From positions 10,534 to 74,533 of IMG/VR virus record IMGVR_UViG_3300003322_001323: a stretch of DNA of 64,000 nt. One strand, given 5' to 3'. Source of the stretch: a virus. This document shows, one piece after another, positions 52,064 to 62,821 of this stretch. How positions within the stretch are numbered: the stretch's first letter is position 1; each line of letters opens with the position of its first letter. Below the pieces are notes generated by a model that did not search any database, was not told the origin of the DNA, and saw only the letters and a list, made by a program, of their open reading frames with translations. The translations under genes and the position numbers were made by a program.

Positions 52064-53913
52064 TGCCAACCATTATTGACGCGCTCGTAGTTGAGCTTGG
52101 CTTTGACGCGAAGGGACTGGAAGCGGGCCGAAAGAAGGTCACCGAGACCTTCAACCAGACCAAAGAGAGCGCGGAAAAGACCGGCAAGGAGGTTGAAAAG
52201 TCGGCCAAGTCGGCCGAGCAATACATCACGCGCCTGCGCAACAACGTGCTGGCGCTGTTTGCCGCATTCACTGCAGGCCGCGGATTGAAGGAATTTACCG
52301 CCGACGTTACCCACAGCAACGCGGAGCTGGGTCGCTTTGCCAAGACCATTGGCCAAAACGCGCAGGAGATTGCCTCTTGGCGCGCAGCCGGAAAGCTGAT
52401 GGGGGTTGACGCGCGCGATATTGATGCCACCTTTGGTAATCTGGTGCAGCAGTTCCAGCAGTTTTCCATTACCGGAGATTCCACGCTGGTGCCCTGGTTC
52501 CGTGCGCTGGGTCTCAGCATGACGGACGCCTCGGGTCAAATGAAGCCGGTTAGCGACCTGCTTTTGGAGCTATCCGAGCGCGTCAGCAAGATGGAGCCCG
52601 CCAAGGCCACCGCGTTTCTTAACAATATGGGCATATCCCCCGGCATGATAAACATCCTGCTGCAGGGGCCGCCGGCCATTCGCAAGCTGATTGACAGCCA
52701 GCGCGAGCTCGCGCGAGCCCAGGCCGAGGACATCAAGGCCGCGCAGGAGCGTCAGAAGGCCTGGAATGCCTTTTTAAACCAGGCCGAACGCGTCGGCACC
52801 GTGCTTCTGACCATGCTGACGCCAGCGCTGACCGCGGTGGCGGGAATGCTGGAGGAGGTGGCGCGCTGGGCTGGCGACAACCCGAACGCCGCCACCGCGG
52901 TCTTCGGCGCGCTTACGGGTGTAACCCTACTGCTCAGTGGCGCGCTGCTGGTAAACCTGGCCGGCTCGGCGCTTACGGCCGTGGCTGCCGGCTTTGCCGG
53001 GCTTACAACACTTTCCACCGGGCTATTGCTGCGAATGGCGGTGATGACCGCTACGGCGCTTCCCGCGCTATCCAAGGCCTTTTTTGGCCTGGCGCTGGCA
53101 ATCGAATCAACTCCCATTGGCTGGATCGTCACCGGCATTGCCCTTATTTCCGCTGCCGGTTTTCTGCTGTACCGCAACTGGGATTCCATCGCGAAATGGT
53201 GGAAGCGGCTCTGGACCGGCATGAGCGATGATACGGATACTGCCTCCAAGAGCATCGTAAATAACACCAGGCCGCCATCGGCTCGCGGCACCACCTACGG
53301 CAGCAAGGGCGGTCCAACCCAAGCGGACGACATTAACATTCTAACGCGCTACGGCTGGTCGCGCGAGCAGGCTACCGGAATTGTTGCCAACCTTCAGGCC
53401 GAGAGCCGCGGCGACGCGGGTGCCGTGGGCGATAATGGTCGCGCCTATGGGCTAGGCCAATGGCACCCCGATCGCCAGGCCCGCTTCAAGGCATGGGCCG
53501 GCAAGGATATTCGAAACTCCTCGCACGCCGAACAGCTTGCCTTCATCAACTACGAGCTCCGCACCTCGGAGCGCGGCGCCGGCGCCGCATTGGCCGGAAC
53601 CCAAGATGCCGGTTCCGCCGCGCGCGTATTCTCGCGGCTCTACGAGCGCCCCGCCGGTGATCAAGGGGAGCTGCGCGCTGCAATCGCTCAGGCCTTGGTC
53701 AAGGCTCCGGGTACCGCCTCGGTACCGGCCAGTTCCGTCGCCTCCAGCATTGCCGGCAATCGCTATCAAACCAACAATACCAACACGACCGACGTGCGCG
53801 TAGGCAGCATGACTATAAACACGCGCGCCGAGGACGCCAAGGGCATCGCCGGCGACATCGCGCCGGCGCTCTACGGCTCCTTCGCCCAAATGGCCAACCA
53901 GGGGCCAACGTAA
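52063..53913 (+). CDS. Tape measure protein with C-terminal tail lysozyme domain
   Basis: TIIDALVVELG; GIVANLQAES, GDNGRAYGLGQWH. Confidence 0.92.
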   Translation: MPTIIDALVVELGFDAKGLEAGRKKVTETFNQTKESAEKTGKEVEKSAKSAEQYITRLRNNVLALFAAFTAGRGLKEFTADVTHSNAELGRFAKTIGQNAQEIASWRAAGKLMGVDARDIDATFGNLVQQFQQFSITGDSTLVPWFRALGLSMTDASGQMKPVSDLLLELSERVSKMEPAKATAFLNNMGISPGMINILLQGPPAIRKLIDSQRELARAQAEDIKAAQERQKAWNAFLNQAERVGTVLLTMLTPALTAVAGMLEEVARWAGDNPNAATAVFGALTGVTLLLSGALLVNLAGSALTAVAAGFAGLTTLSTGLLLRMAVMTATALPALSKAFFGLALAIESTPIGWIVTGIALISAAGFLLYRNWDSIAKWWKRLWTGMSDDTDTASKSIVNNTRPPSARGTTYGSKGGPTQADDINILTRYGWSREQATGIVANLQAESRGDAGAVGDNGRAYGLGQWHPDRQARFKAWAGKDIRNSSHAEQLAFINYELRTSERGAGAALAGTQDAGSAARVFSRLYERPAGDQGELRAAIAQALVKAPGTASVPASSVASSIAGNRYQTNNTNTTDVRVGSMTINTRAEDAKGIAGDIAPALYGSFAQMANQGPT

Positions 53914-54939
53914 ATGTATTACCCCATGGTTCCAGACGTTCCGGGCGTTCCCGGCCTGCTGCGCCTCCCACCCAGCGTCATTGCGCTGGTGAGCGGCAAC
54001 GTGGACCAGGCCACCGACATTATGACCGGCGTCAGCGCCATTGCCCGCGGCACCCCCCTGCTTCCGATGAGCACCGTATCGGCTGAAATTCAAAGCGCGC
54101 TGAGCCTGGTAAACGTTGTAAATGGCAATTTTACAGCTTACCCCTCCAGCCTGTTTGATCCGTTTGTTATGCCGATGGCCGACATCACGGGGAATCTTAC
54201 CTCGCTGGTTAACACCATCGGTTCAAACCCTACAGGTCCGATAAGCCTTATTTCTGGAACGGTGGACAATACCGCCGAGCTGCTTGGAAACGTCGGCGAC
54301 GACTTGGCGATAGACGCCGGAATTGATGACGCGACGCTGGCAGACGGGGTGGAATCCGTCACCTCCACGGCGTTCAGGGGGGAGCCCGAGTGGGGCATCT
54401 TCTTGTCGAGCCGGTCGGTGGTGGAGGCCGATAACGTCATTGGTTTTGATTACCGCAAGGATTGGACCATCTCCGATTATCCCGTGGAGGAGGGCGCCTT
54501 TCAGAGCTACGACAAGGTGGAGCTGCCGTTTGACGCGCGCGTGCGCTTCTCCTGCGGCGGCTCGCTGGAAACCAGGACTGCCTTCTTGAAGTCCATCCAG
54601 GACATTGCCGGGGACCTGGAGCTTTACGACGTCGTAACACCCACCAAGACGTACCAGAGCTGCAACATCACGCATGTGGATTATCGCCAGACCGCTCAGA
54701 ACGGCGTTGGGCTCATGGTGGTGGAGGTCTATCTGCAGGAAATTCGCGCCACGGCAACGGCTACCTTCAGCCAGACCGCGGGCACCGATCCCAACGCCGC
54801 GCCGGCCCTCACCAAAACCCCGGCGCCCAAGGCGGCTAGCGCGCAGCCGGTCAAGAGTGGTGGTACCAAGCAGGCGCAGCCCGTTCCGCCCCAAGATACA
54901 ATGGCCATCGGTACGGCGCTGTTGAACACGTTGCTCTGA
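53914..54939 (+). CDS. Baseplate/tail tube initiator-like protein
   Basis: ISDYPVEEGAFQSYDKV, YDVVTP. Confidence 0.8.
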   Translation: MYYPMVPDVPGVPGLLRLPPSVIALVSGNVDQATDIMTGVSAIARGTPLLPMSTVSAEIQSALSLVNVVNGNFTAYPSSLFDPFVMPMADITGNLTSLVNTIGSNPTGPISLISGTVDNTAELLGNVGDDLAIDAGIDDATLADGVESVTSTAFRGEPEWGIFLSSRSVVEADNVIGFDYRKDWTISDYPVEEGAFQSYDKVELPFDARVRFSCGGSLETRTAFLKSIQDIAGDLELYDVVTPTKTYQSCNITHVDYRQTAQNGVGLMVVEVYLQEIRATATATFSQTAGTDPNAAPALTKTPAPKAASAQPVKSGGTKQAQPVPPQDTMAIGTALLNTLL

Positions 54940-55253
54940 TGCTGCTTGTTCCGCTGGATGCAGTTGCCTCGCAGAAATTCACGATCAGCCTGGCAAACCA
55001 GGCGTGTCAGATTGAGCTTTATCAGAAGCTTTATGGCTTGTTCATGAATTTGTCGGTGAACGATGAGCTTGTGATTGGTGGTGTAATCTGCCGCAACCAG
55101 GTTCGCATCGTACAGGACCTTTATTTGGGCTTTTCGGGTGACTTCTTTTTCAACGATAGCCAAGGTTCGGATGATCCATTTTATACCGGCCTGGGCGAGC
55201 GCTTTTCGCTGATCTACGTGCCGGCTGAGGAGCTGCCGGCGGGTGTTGGCTGA
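54939..55253 (+). CDS. Baseplate protein (small)
   Basis: YLGFSGD..F.D.QG..DP.Y.GLG.RF. Confidence 0.8.
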   Translation: MLLVPLDAVASQKFTISLANQACQIELYQKLYGLFMNLSVNDELVIGGVICRNQVRIVQDLYLGFSGDFFFNDSQGSDDPFYTGLGERFSLIYVPAEELPAGVG

Positions 55254-56185
55254 TGGCCTTTAAGCAGAAGAAGATCAACATCAGTTTTGCGCTGGGTACC
55301 GGAACTTTTGGCGATACCGGCAAGAACCAGTCCAAGCTGGAGGGACTACGGGCTATCGTTGACATTCGGCGCGCCGGTGGCGTGGCGATGAGCACCGCAA
55401 ATATTGAGGTCTATGGTATGACCTTGGATATGATGAACCAACTTTCAACGCTGGGATTGGTCGCCACGACGGTTCGCCGCAATACCGTGCAGGTGGAGGC
55501 TGGCGATGCGGATGGAATGACGGTGGTTTTTACCGGAACCATTATCAATGCCTATCCCGACTTCTCGTCGCTGCCGGACGTGGCCTTTCGGGTGGAGGCG
55601 CATACGGGTTTAATTGACGCCGTAGCGCCGACTAATCCTCAGAGCTTTCCGCAACCGACCAAGGCCAGCGACATTTTGGCGGGGATTGCCAATCAACTGG
55701 GCGTGCCCTTTGAGAACAATGGAGTAACGACGGTCTTGCCGCCGTCCTACTTTTATGGGTCTCCTCGGACGCAGGCGCTTGCGGTGGTGGAGGCGGCCGG
55801 CTGTCAGTGGAACGGCATGGAGGATGGCACGCTAGCCATCTGGAATCCCGGTGAAGCCCGTGGCGGCCAGGCGCCGCTAATTTCCAAGGACACCGGCATG
55901 GTGCTCTATCCGCAATTTTCGTCGAACGGCATCACCCTGCGCACGACCTACAACCCCTCCATAGGGTTTGGAAAAAAGATCGTGGTGGAGAGCTCGCTGG
56001 GGGACGTTTTGGCCAAGTCGCTAAACCAGACGGCCAACGGCAAGGGCGTCAGCCAGGACAAGAAGCAAACGACCTGGGTAGTATTCGATCTAAACCATCG
56101 CCTTTCTGCCCAGACGCCGCGCGGGCCGTGGTTTTCATTTATTCAGGCAGCGCCGCTCGGGCTGGGCCCAATGGTGCCGTCATAG
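55253..56185 (+). CDS. Baseplate hub protein
   Basis: IEVYGMT...MN.L, FENNGV, ISKDTGMV.YP. Confidence 0.85.
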   Translation: MAFKQKKINISFALGTGTFGDTGKNQSKLEGLRAIVDIRRAGGVAMSTANIEVYGMTLDMMNQLSTLGLVATTVRRNTVQVEAGDADGMTVVFTGTIINAYPDFSSLPDVAFRVEAHTGLIDAVAPTNPQSFPQPTKASDILAGIANQLGVPFENNGVTTVLPPSYFYGSPRTQALAVVEAAGCQWNGMEDGTLAIWNPGEARGGQAPLISKDTGMVLYPQFSSNGITLRTTYNPSIGFGKKIVVESSLGDVLAKSLNQTANGKGVSQDKKQTTWVVFDLNHRLSAQTPRGPWFSFIQAAPLGLGPMVPS

Positions 56186-56916
56186 CCACTCCCAGCAAGT
56201 CGGGCGCCGGCTATCCCGGTCAGCTCGGTTTAAACGGCAGCACCTCCCAGTTCGGCGCGATCACCTTTTTGGTGAAGCAGCTCCAGGGCCTGTTTAGAAC
56301 CTGCACGCTGGTGCGCGTGGAGAAATGCACCAATTCGGGTGGCGTTTCACCTATTGGATTTGTAGACGTCACGCCGATCGTGAACATGGTGGATGGCCTA
56401 ATGAAGGGAAGCGAGCACGGCAAGGTCTACGGCTTGCCCTACGCTCGCGTGCAGGGTGGTCGCAACGCCGTTATCTGCGATCCCTGCAAGGGCGATCTGG
56501 GCGTGGCGGTAATTTCCGATCGCGACATCTCCACCGTGAAGAAAACCAAAAAGGTAGGCAATCCCGGCTCACGCCGGCGCGGGGACCTGGCCGATGGGCT
56601 CTATCTCTTCACGGTTTTGGCCGAAGACGCGCCGCAGCAGTATGTGCGCTTTTTGCTGGACGACGATGGAGCTCCTAACGGCATGGAGCTCGTTGACAAA
56701 TTTTCCAACACGATCGTGATGGATACGGACGGGATAAAGATCAATGGGGTACTATTTGATCGGGACCAGAACGTATCGGAGGCGCAAAAGATCGACGCCA
56801 AGGATGAAATTACCGCCAAGTCGGGCTCGGGCTCCAGCGTGACGCTAACCGGCCATGACCACGGTGGCGTGCAGACCGGCAGCGGGCATACCGCGCCACC
56901 GACGGGAGGGACGTAA
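56128..56916 (+). CDS. Baseplate central spike (gpV/Gp138-like); start uncertain
   Basis: PY.R.QGG, DP..GD.G, DRDIS; C-terminal HDHGGV. Confidence 0.85.
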   Translation: MVFIYSGSAARAGPNGAVIATPSKSGAGYPGQLGLNGSTSQFGAITFLVKQLQGLFRTCTLVRVEKCTNSGGVSPIGFVDVTPIVNMVDGLMKGSEHGKVYGLPYARVQGGRNAVICDPCKGDLGVAVISDRDISTVKKTKKVGNPGSRRRGDLADGLYLFTVLAEDAPQQYVRFLLDDDGAPNGMELVDKFSNTIVMDTDGIKINGVLFDRDQNVSEAQKIDAKDEITAKSGSGSSVTLTGHDHGGVQTGSGHTAPPTGGT

Positions 56917-57273
56917 ATGCCGGATACGCTGCTGCTCGATACACTTACTTGGGACCTGGTGGTGGATGCCAGCGGCAATATCGCCCGGGCGAGCGAGCCT
57001 TATGCGCTTGCGCAGGACGCTGCCAGCGCCATCAAGCTGTTTGAGGGCGAGCTCTGGTACAACGTTGTTCCGGGCGTACCCTACTGGACCCAAATTCTCG
57101 GCGCCTCGCCGCCACCTCTATCACTCATGCGGGCCAAGTTTGAGGCCGCGGCGCTAACGGTACCAAACGTTACCAAGGCCAAGTGCCTTATCACTTCCGT
57201 TGTAGATCGGATAGTTGGGGGTCAGGTCCAGGTTACCAACGCAGCCGGTCAAATTAGCCAGGCGGTATTTTAA
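56917..57273 (+). CDS. Baseplate wedge/sheath initiator
   Basis: WDLVVDASGNIA, F.GELWY, GVPY. Confidence 0.85.
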   Translation: MPDTLLLDTLTWDLVVDASGNIARASEPYALAQDAASAIKLFEGELWYNVVPGVPYWTQILGASPPPLSLMRAKFEAAALTVPNVTKAKCLITSVVDRIVGGQVQVTNAAGQISQAVF

Positions 57274-57275
57274 AA

Positions 57276-58502
57276 ATGTCCATCCCTCTATCTACCAACG
57301 TTCCTCCACCGCTGTTCACGGATCGTGGCTTCATTCCTCAAACGGATGACGCGATCTTAACGGGCGTGCAGCAAGATTATCAGGGTGCCTTTGGCGGCAA
57401 CCTGAATTTTGCTACCGACCAGGCTACCCCGCAAGGACAGCTAGCCAACAGCACGGCAGCCATTATTGCCAATACGCAAGCCGAGTTCTGCGCGCTGGCG
57501 CAGGAGATGGACCCCGCATTCAACTCCGGCCGCTTTCAGGACGCCATTGCGCGCATCTACTATCTGACCCGCAACCCGGCGCTTCCCACCACGGTCCAAT
57601 GCGACTGTGTGGGCGCGCAGGGAACGGTGATCGAGCCCGGCGCGCAGGCTATCGATCAGGTCGGAAATATCTACGTTTGTACCGATGGTGGTACCATTGA
57701 CGAAACTGGAACAATTTCATTGGCCTTTTCCTGCACGGTGAATGGCCCCATTGCCTGCCCCGCGGATTCGCTCAACCGCATCTACATCGCGGTTCCGGGC
57801 TGGGATACGATCAACAACCCCCTGGATGGGGTGCTCGGCCGCAACGTGGAGAGCCGTCAGGCCTTTGAGGCGCGGCGCGCCGCCTCGGTAGCCAAGAACT
57901 CTAATGGGCAAATCCAGTCGGTGCTGGGCGCCGTGCTGTCCGTTTCGGGTGTGCTGGACGCGTTTGCCTATCAGAACGACGAGGATGACCCGCTCATGTA
58001 TCGCGGGGTAACGCTGGCGCCGCATTCCATTTACGTGGCGGTGGTGGGTGGTACCAATGAGGACGTTGCCCAGGCCATCTGGTCGAAAAAGTCGCCTGGC
58101 TGCTCCTATAACGGCGATACGGACGTGGTGGTGTACGATACGAGCCCGGTTTATACCGCGCCCTATCCGGCCTATACGGTGACCTTTGAGCGGCCGGCCG
58201 AAATTCCGATCCTGTTTGCGGTGGAAATCGCCAGCGGCCCCGATGTGCCGGCCGACGCGGCGTCGCAAATTCAAGCAGCTATCATCAGCGCTTTTGCTGG
58301 TGAGGATGGCGGCCCACGCGCTCGTATCGGCTCTACCATTTATGCTTCACGTTTCATTTGTCCCATCAACGCGCTTGGCTCCTGGGTAAAGATAATCACC
58401 CTGCAGATCGGTGTGAGCGCGTCGGATCAAAATTCCGTTACGCTAGACGTCGATGAGGTTCCAGTGACCTCTGACGCGGAAATTACGGTGACGGTAGTTT
58501 AA
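57276..58502 (+). CDS. Baseplate J-like protein
   Basis: TPQGQLA, GRFQDAI.RIY, GRNVES, HSIYVAVVGG. Confidence 0.92.
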   Translation: MSIPLSTNVPPPLFTDRGFIPQTDDAILTGVQQDYQGAFGGNLNFATDQATPQGQLANSTAAIIANTQAEFCALAQEMDPAFNSGRFQDAIARIYYLTRNPALPTTVQCDCVGAQGTVIEPGAQAIDQVGNIYVCTDGGTIDETGTISLAFSCTVNGPIACPADSLNRIYIAVPGWDTINNPLDGVLGRNVESRQAFEARRAASVAKNSNGQIQSVLGAVLSVSGVLDAFAYQNDEDDPLMYRGVTLAPHSIYVAVVGGTNEDVAQAIWSKKSPGCSYNGDTDVVVYDTSPVYTAPYPAYTVTFERPAEIPILFAVEIASGPDVPADAASQIQAAIISAFAGEDGGPRARIGSTIYASRFICPINALGSWVKIITLQIGVSASDQNSVTLDVDEVPVTSDAEITVTVV

Positions 58503-59314
58503 TGGCACCACTAGCAGGTCCCATTGGCAGCTTCGATATTGGTGAAAGCGCCATTGAAGTAAGTCCGAGCTATTTTTTCCCAGCGGGTCAGCCGCCATCG
58601 CCGATCGGCGAATTCGACATTGGCAACAGCCAAATCGGTCGGTGCAGCTATTTCAACTGGCAGGATACGGTTATCAGTCAGTATGCCAACAGCCCGCGCC
58701 TGCTGCAGATAATTGAGAACGTCTTTAACAACCTCGACCAAACGATAAACATCGAGGATTTCTTCTCCAAGATGTGGAGCATTGATTCGGCGGAGGGCTA
58801 CGGCCTGGACGTATGGGGCCGCATTCTGGGTATCAGCCGCACGCTACCGGTGGACGCCGGCAGCTATTTCGGTTTCGCCGAGGCTAATGATGACACGCTG
58901 GTCGGGTTCGATCAGGAGCCGTTCTACAACGGTCCGCCCGTTACCGACAACTATGCCCTCACGGATAGCGCCTATCGACTGTTGCTACTGGCCAAGGCTG
59001 CCGCCAATATCTGCGACGGCTCCATACCGGCGATAAACCAGCTCCTCATGAATCTTTTCCCATTCCGCGGAAAGGCCTACGTGCAGGAGGGCGACGGCCT
59101 GGATTCAAACTATTTCGGTTTTGCCGAAACCGGCGAAGATTTCAGCCAGGGATTTGACCAGGAGCCCTTCTATACGGGCCAGGCTTTTTCTAGCATGAAT
59201 ATGCGCTACGTATTCGAGTTCTCTCTTACACCGGTGGAGCTCGCTATCGTGAACAACTCCGGCGTGCTTCCAACCCCGACTGGCGTAAATGCCATCGTCG
59301 TCATCAATCCTTAA
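58502..59314 (+). CDS. DUF2612 baseplate wedge protein
   Basis: ISQYANSP, AEGYGLDVWGRI, YR.LL.AKAAANI, LPTPTGV. Confidence 0.9.
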   Translation: MAPLAGPIGSFDIGESAIEVSPSYFFPAGQPPSPIGEFDIGNSQIGRCSYFNWQDTVISQYANSPRLLQIIENVFNNLDQTINIEDFFSKMWSIDSAEGYGLDVWGRILGISRTLPVDAGSYFGFAEANDDTLVGFDQEPFYNGPPVTDNYALTDSAYRLLLLAKAAANICDGSIPAINQLLMNLFPFRGKAYVQEGDGLDSNYFGFAETGEDFSQGFDQEPFYTGQAFSSMNMRYVFEFSLTPVELAIVNNSGVLPTPTGVNAIVVINP

Positions 59315-59326
59315 AGGGATACTGAA

Positions 59327-60484
59327 ATGCTGCTGACCGATATTCCCGTACGGTTCGAAATCCCCTTCGCCAAGAACGCGCCGGGCCCGTACATCTCCAC
59401 CCCGATCCCCCTGACCACGCCCACCCCGGGGCGCGCATCGCTTGACGTCGGCTTTCCAGCGGTAAATTTTCTGCCGCGAGGTAGCGGCGGTATTCCGCCG
59501 TTCGGAGTAGATTTCAATGGCCTAATGTTTCAGGTTACTTCGTGGAACCAATGGCATGCGGCAGGGGGGCCGATATTCTACAACACGGCCTTTGCGACGG
59601 CGATCGGAGGCTATCCGAACGGTGCGTGCCTGCTTTCAGCCAACTATCCGGGCCTGGTGTGGCAGAGCACGGCCGATAACAACCTCACCGATCCGGATGA
59701 TTTTGCCACCGCGGCGAACTGGATTTGCGTCCGGAGGTGGAAGCTCTCCGCTGCCACGAACCTATACGTTCGCGCGGATGGCAACGACAATAATTCTGGG
59801 CTTGCCAACAGCGTTGGTGGCGCGTGGCTTACGCCGCAACGCGCGGCAGACTTCATTCAAAAATATGTGGACGTGGGAGCTCAGATTCTCACCGTCAATA
59901 TCGGCGCCGGAACGTTTGGAGTGCTTGGGGTTTCTGGGCCTTTCCCGGGAGCTGCAGGTCCCAACAGCGTTCGCTTCATCGGTGCTGGCTCCACAACCAT
60001 TCTTTCTGGAGCCATACCTATCTCTGGTACGGCGGTCGCGGCTTTCACGGTGGCTGGAGTACAGTCTAATTTCAGTGATCGCGGCGTAATTGCTCAGAGC
60101 AACGCAGTTATCATTATCGGTATTGGCTCAACTTCAGTTACTTTTAACAGCATCGGCGGTACTTTCCATATTGACGCGGATAGCGGTGGCATAATCATTG
60201 GCGGTGGCAATATTTCCATTCAAGGAAATTCCAACGCCTGGGCTGCGGTGGCTGGTCCTAGCACGATAACCATTATCAGCAGAACCTTGACATTCGTAGG
60301 AACGCCAGCTTTTTCAAATGCCGGCGTCTTTACCCAGTACGGCTACATTCAATTTGTAGGTAACACGTACGTTGGAACTACGACTGGTCTAAAGTACAGC
60401 ACCACCTATAACGGCATGATTGAAGGGGTTACCGGACTTCCGGGTTCCGGTACCAATCAGCAAAACGGTGGCCAGTTCCTCTGA
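59327..60484 (+). CDS. Tail fibre protein
   Basis: ASL..GFP, GGIPP.G.DFNG, IGGYP.GA N-terminal anchor; beta-helix-like C-terminus. Confidence 0.85.
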   Translation: MLLTDIPVRFEIPFAKNAPGPYISTPIPLTTPTPGRASLDVGFPAVNFLPRGSGGIPPFGVDFNGLMFQVTSWNQWHAAGGPIFYNTAFATAIGGYPNGACLLSANYPGLVWQSTADNNLTDPDDFATAANWICVRRWKLSAATNLYVRADGNDNNSGLANSVGGAWLTPQRAADFIQKYVDVGAQILTVNIGAGTFGVLGVSGPFPGAAGPNSVRFIGAGSTTILSGAIPISGTAVAAFTVAGVQSNFSDRGVIAQSNAVIIIGIGSTSVTFNSIGGTFHIDADSGGIIIGGGNISIQGNSNAWAAVAGPSTITIISRTLTFVGTPAFSNAGVFTQYGYIQFVGNTYVGTTTGLKYSTTYNGMIEGVTGLPGSGTNQQNGGQFL

Positions 60485-60492
60485 GGTTCGCA

Positions 60493-61740
60493 ATGAAAAA
60501 TTATTTTGGGTTTTTAACATTGCTGATTGGCCTGGCGTTCGCTAATTCAGCGCTCGCGCAGAGCTCGCCGCATCTATATAATGGCCAGCAGCCAAGCAAC
60601 GTGCAGTGGAACTCCTATTTCGCGGCCAAGCAGGACTATCCGGTGCCACCGTTCACCACCACGCAGTCGGGAAGCGTACCCATTTCGCCGGGAGGTACCA
60701 CCGCCTTCTTGCGCGCGGATGGAACCTGGGCGGTACCTGGCGCCGTCATTCTGCCGGGCGATCCGACGGCCACGATCGGCTCCACGCCGGTAAACGGGGT
60801 AGCGACCACCTACATGCGCAGCGACGCGGCGCCGAAGCTTCCGGCTGTTCTGCCCGCGCTGGATGGTTCGCAGCTTACGAATCTGACGATCAACAACCTA
60901 TCCGGCCTGGGTACGGGCGTGGCAACGGCGCTGACGCAAAACGTTTCGGGGACGGGCGCGATTTGCCTGGTTTCTGGAAGCGCCTGCTCGGGAACGCCCG
61001 GCGGGTCCAGCGGTCAGATGCAATGGAATAGCAGTGGCAGCTTTGCGGGAGTAAGTGGTTCCTCGTGCAACGCATCATTTTGCACGCTTACCGGCTACGT
61101 GCTCAGCAGCCCTTCCTTGGGTGGCAGTGTGGTATTTTCGGGCATCACGGGGTCCACACAGTGCCTGCAAGTTAATTCCTCCGGAATTGTATCCGGCACG
61201 GGCTCCGCTTGCGGTGGCGGTGGTGGAGTTACCACCACGGGTTCACCGGCGAATGGCAATTTGACGAAATTTTCCGGAGCATCTACCATTACCAATGGGG
61301 ACCTCTCCGGTGACTGCACGACCTCGGGCACCCTGGTGGTTACGTGCCCATCGCCGATTGCCAAGATCAACGTCAATAACAGCTGGACGGCCGCGCAGCG
61401 TGGCACGCCCGTTACGCTTTCGCTTTCCACGGCGACCGCTACACCAAACTTCGATACGGGACAGAATTTTTCTCTCACGCTTTCCAGCGCTTGCCCCTGC
61501 ACCTTTGCCAATCCATCCACCACGCCGGTGGCGGGACAAACTGGCGTTATTGTCATTATACAAGACGCCACGGGTGGCCGAACTATTGGAACCTGGGGCA
61601 GTAATTATATAACGCCTGGTGGGGTTTCAGTCGGTCTTGCCTTAAGCACTGCCGCCAATGCCAGAGATTATTTCAGCTACTACGTGGATGATTCCACGCA
61701 TATCGTGATCACGCCGGGAGCTCTAAATGCAATCCATTAA
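60493..61740 (+). CDS. Fibre-like protein with signal peptide and five Cys pairs
   Basis: Signal ending ALA-Q; QWNSYFAAKQD; FLRADGTW; IIQDATGGRT fibre-tip-like motif. Confidence 0.8.
   Translation: MKNYFGFLTLLIGLAFANSALAQSSPHLYNGQQPSNVQWNSYFAAKQDYPVPPFTTTQSGSVPISPGGTTAFLRADGTWAVPGAVILPGDPTATIGSTPVNGVATTYMRSDAAPKLPAVLPALDGSQLTNLTINNLSGLGTGVATALTQNVSGTGAICLVSGSACSGTPGGSSGQMQWNSSGSFAGVSGSSCNASFCTLTGYVLSSPSLGGSVVFSGITGSTQCLQVNSSGIVSGTGSACGGGGGVTTTGSPANGNLTKFSGASTITNGDLSGDCTTSGTLVVTCPSPIAKINVNNSWTAAQRGTPVTLSLSTATATPNFDTGQNFSLTLSSACPCTFANPSTTPVAGQTGVIVIIQDATGGRTIGTWGSNYITPGGVSVGLALSTAANARDYFSYYVDDSTHIVITPGALNAIH
60603..60644 (+). repeat. 42-bp perfect repeat shared by two fibre-like genes, copy 1
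   Basis: Identical to 63845-63886. Confidence 0.95.
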
Positions 61741-62821
61741 ACGCATCGTACTTTCTCTTTTGCTGGCGTTGAGCTTACTTTGCTCACCCGCAGCACTGCA
61801 GCCGACGTTCGCTACCATCCTGTTTGCCGGCGGGGAGGACGTGGATTTCAGTTTGATAGGGGATACCGCGCCAAGCAATACGTCCGGATTTTTCCGGACC
61901 GGCTACGCTCGGTCTGCCATTCGAGTGTCCACTACCGCGACAACTGATCCGAATAACAATCGTTTCTATACACCCACCTTTACGGCTGGATCAACCATCT
62001 GGTTTCATGCGGTGGAGCGAAATGAAAATAATACCACCGAAACCAGCAACGGGCAATATCTTTGCGCCATATCGCCGGACGCGGTGTGCCGCCTTGTAAT
62101 TCGGGCAGTTACAGGCACCCAGGTAAAAATCTCAAAGCGCGATTCCGCTGGCAGCTTCACGGACCTTGTGACGTGCAGCCTTGGCGCATGGCCATTGAAT
62201 TCGCTCACCGAGATGGATTGGTTTATCAATTACAACACGTCAGGCAGTACCATTATATATGTCGGTGGCGTCAATATCTGTTCTTACACGGGAAACGTGA
62301 CGACAGATTCTGCGACCCAGATCAATCAGTTTTATCTCAGCAATGGCAGTGCCTTCCACGGCACATATTGGTCTGAAATTATCATAGCGGACACTGACAC
62401 ACGGGACATGAATCTTTTCACATGTTTCCCGAGTGGCGCGGGCACCACTCAGAGCTGGACGGGTGCCTATACCGACGTGAGTCCAGTTACTATCACTGAC
62501 ACTGCGGCGATAACCACTACCTCAACCAGCGCTATCGGAAACTTTACGTGTCCGTCTTTACCGTCTGGTGCCTTCACTGTTCCTGCCGTCGTTCAATCTG
62601 CACGGGTTCAGGGAGCAACTGGGTCCATCACCAACTTCCGGTTCAACAGTCGTCCAGCCGGCGCAGGCGCGGACTTCGACACCACTTCCGACATTGCGGT
62701 AACGGGGATTTTCCAGAATTATCCCAATCGCATTATTACCTTGAACCCAAATACGTCTACTCCATGGACAACCACTACTTTGGGAGCGGGTGTTAACTTC
62801 GGGGTCAAGAGCCGCCCGTGA
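61727..62821 (+). CDS. Lectin/beta-sandwich-like protein with signal peptide
   Basis: MQSIKRIVLSLLLALSLL...; FAGGED; NPNT..PWT; paired Cys. Confidence 0.75.
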   Translation: MQSIKRIVLSLLLALSLLCSPAALQPTFATILFAGGEDVDFSLIGDTAPSNTSGFFRTGYARSAIRVSTTATTDPNNNRFYTPTFTAGSTIWFHAVERNENNTTETSNGQYLCAISPDAVCRLVIRAVTGTQVKISKRDSAGSFTDLVTCSLGAWPLNSLTEMDWFINYNTSGSTIIYVGGVNICSYTGNVTTDSATQINQFYLSNGSAFHGTYWSEIIIADTDTRDMNLFTCFPSGAGTTQSWTGAYTDVSPVTITDTAAITTTSTSAIGNFTCPSLPSGAFTVPAVVQSARVQGATGSITNFRFNSRPAGAGADFDTTSDIAVTGIFQNYPNRIITLNPNTSTPWTTTTLGAGVNFGVKSRP

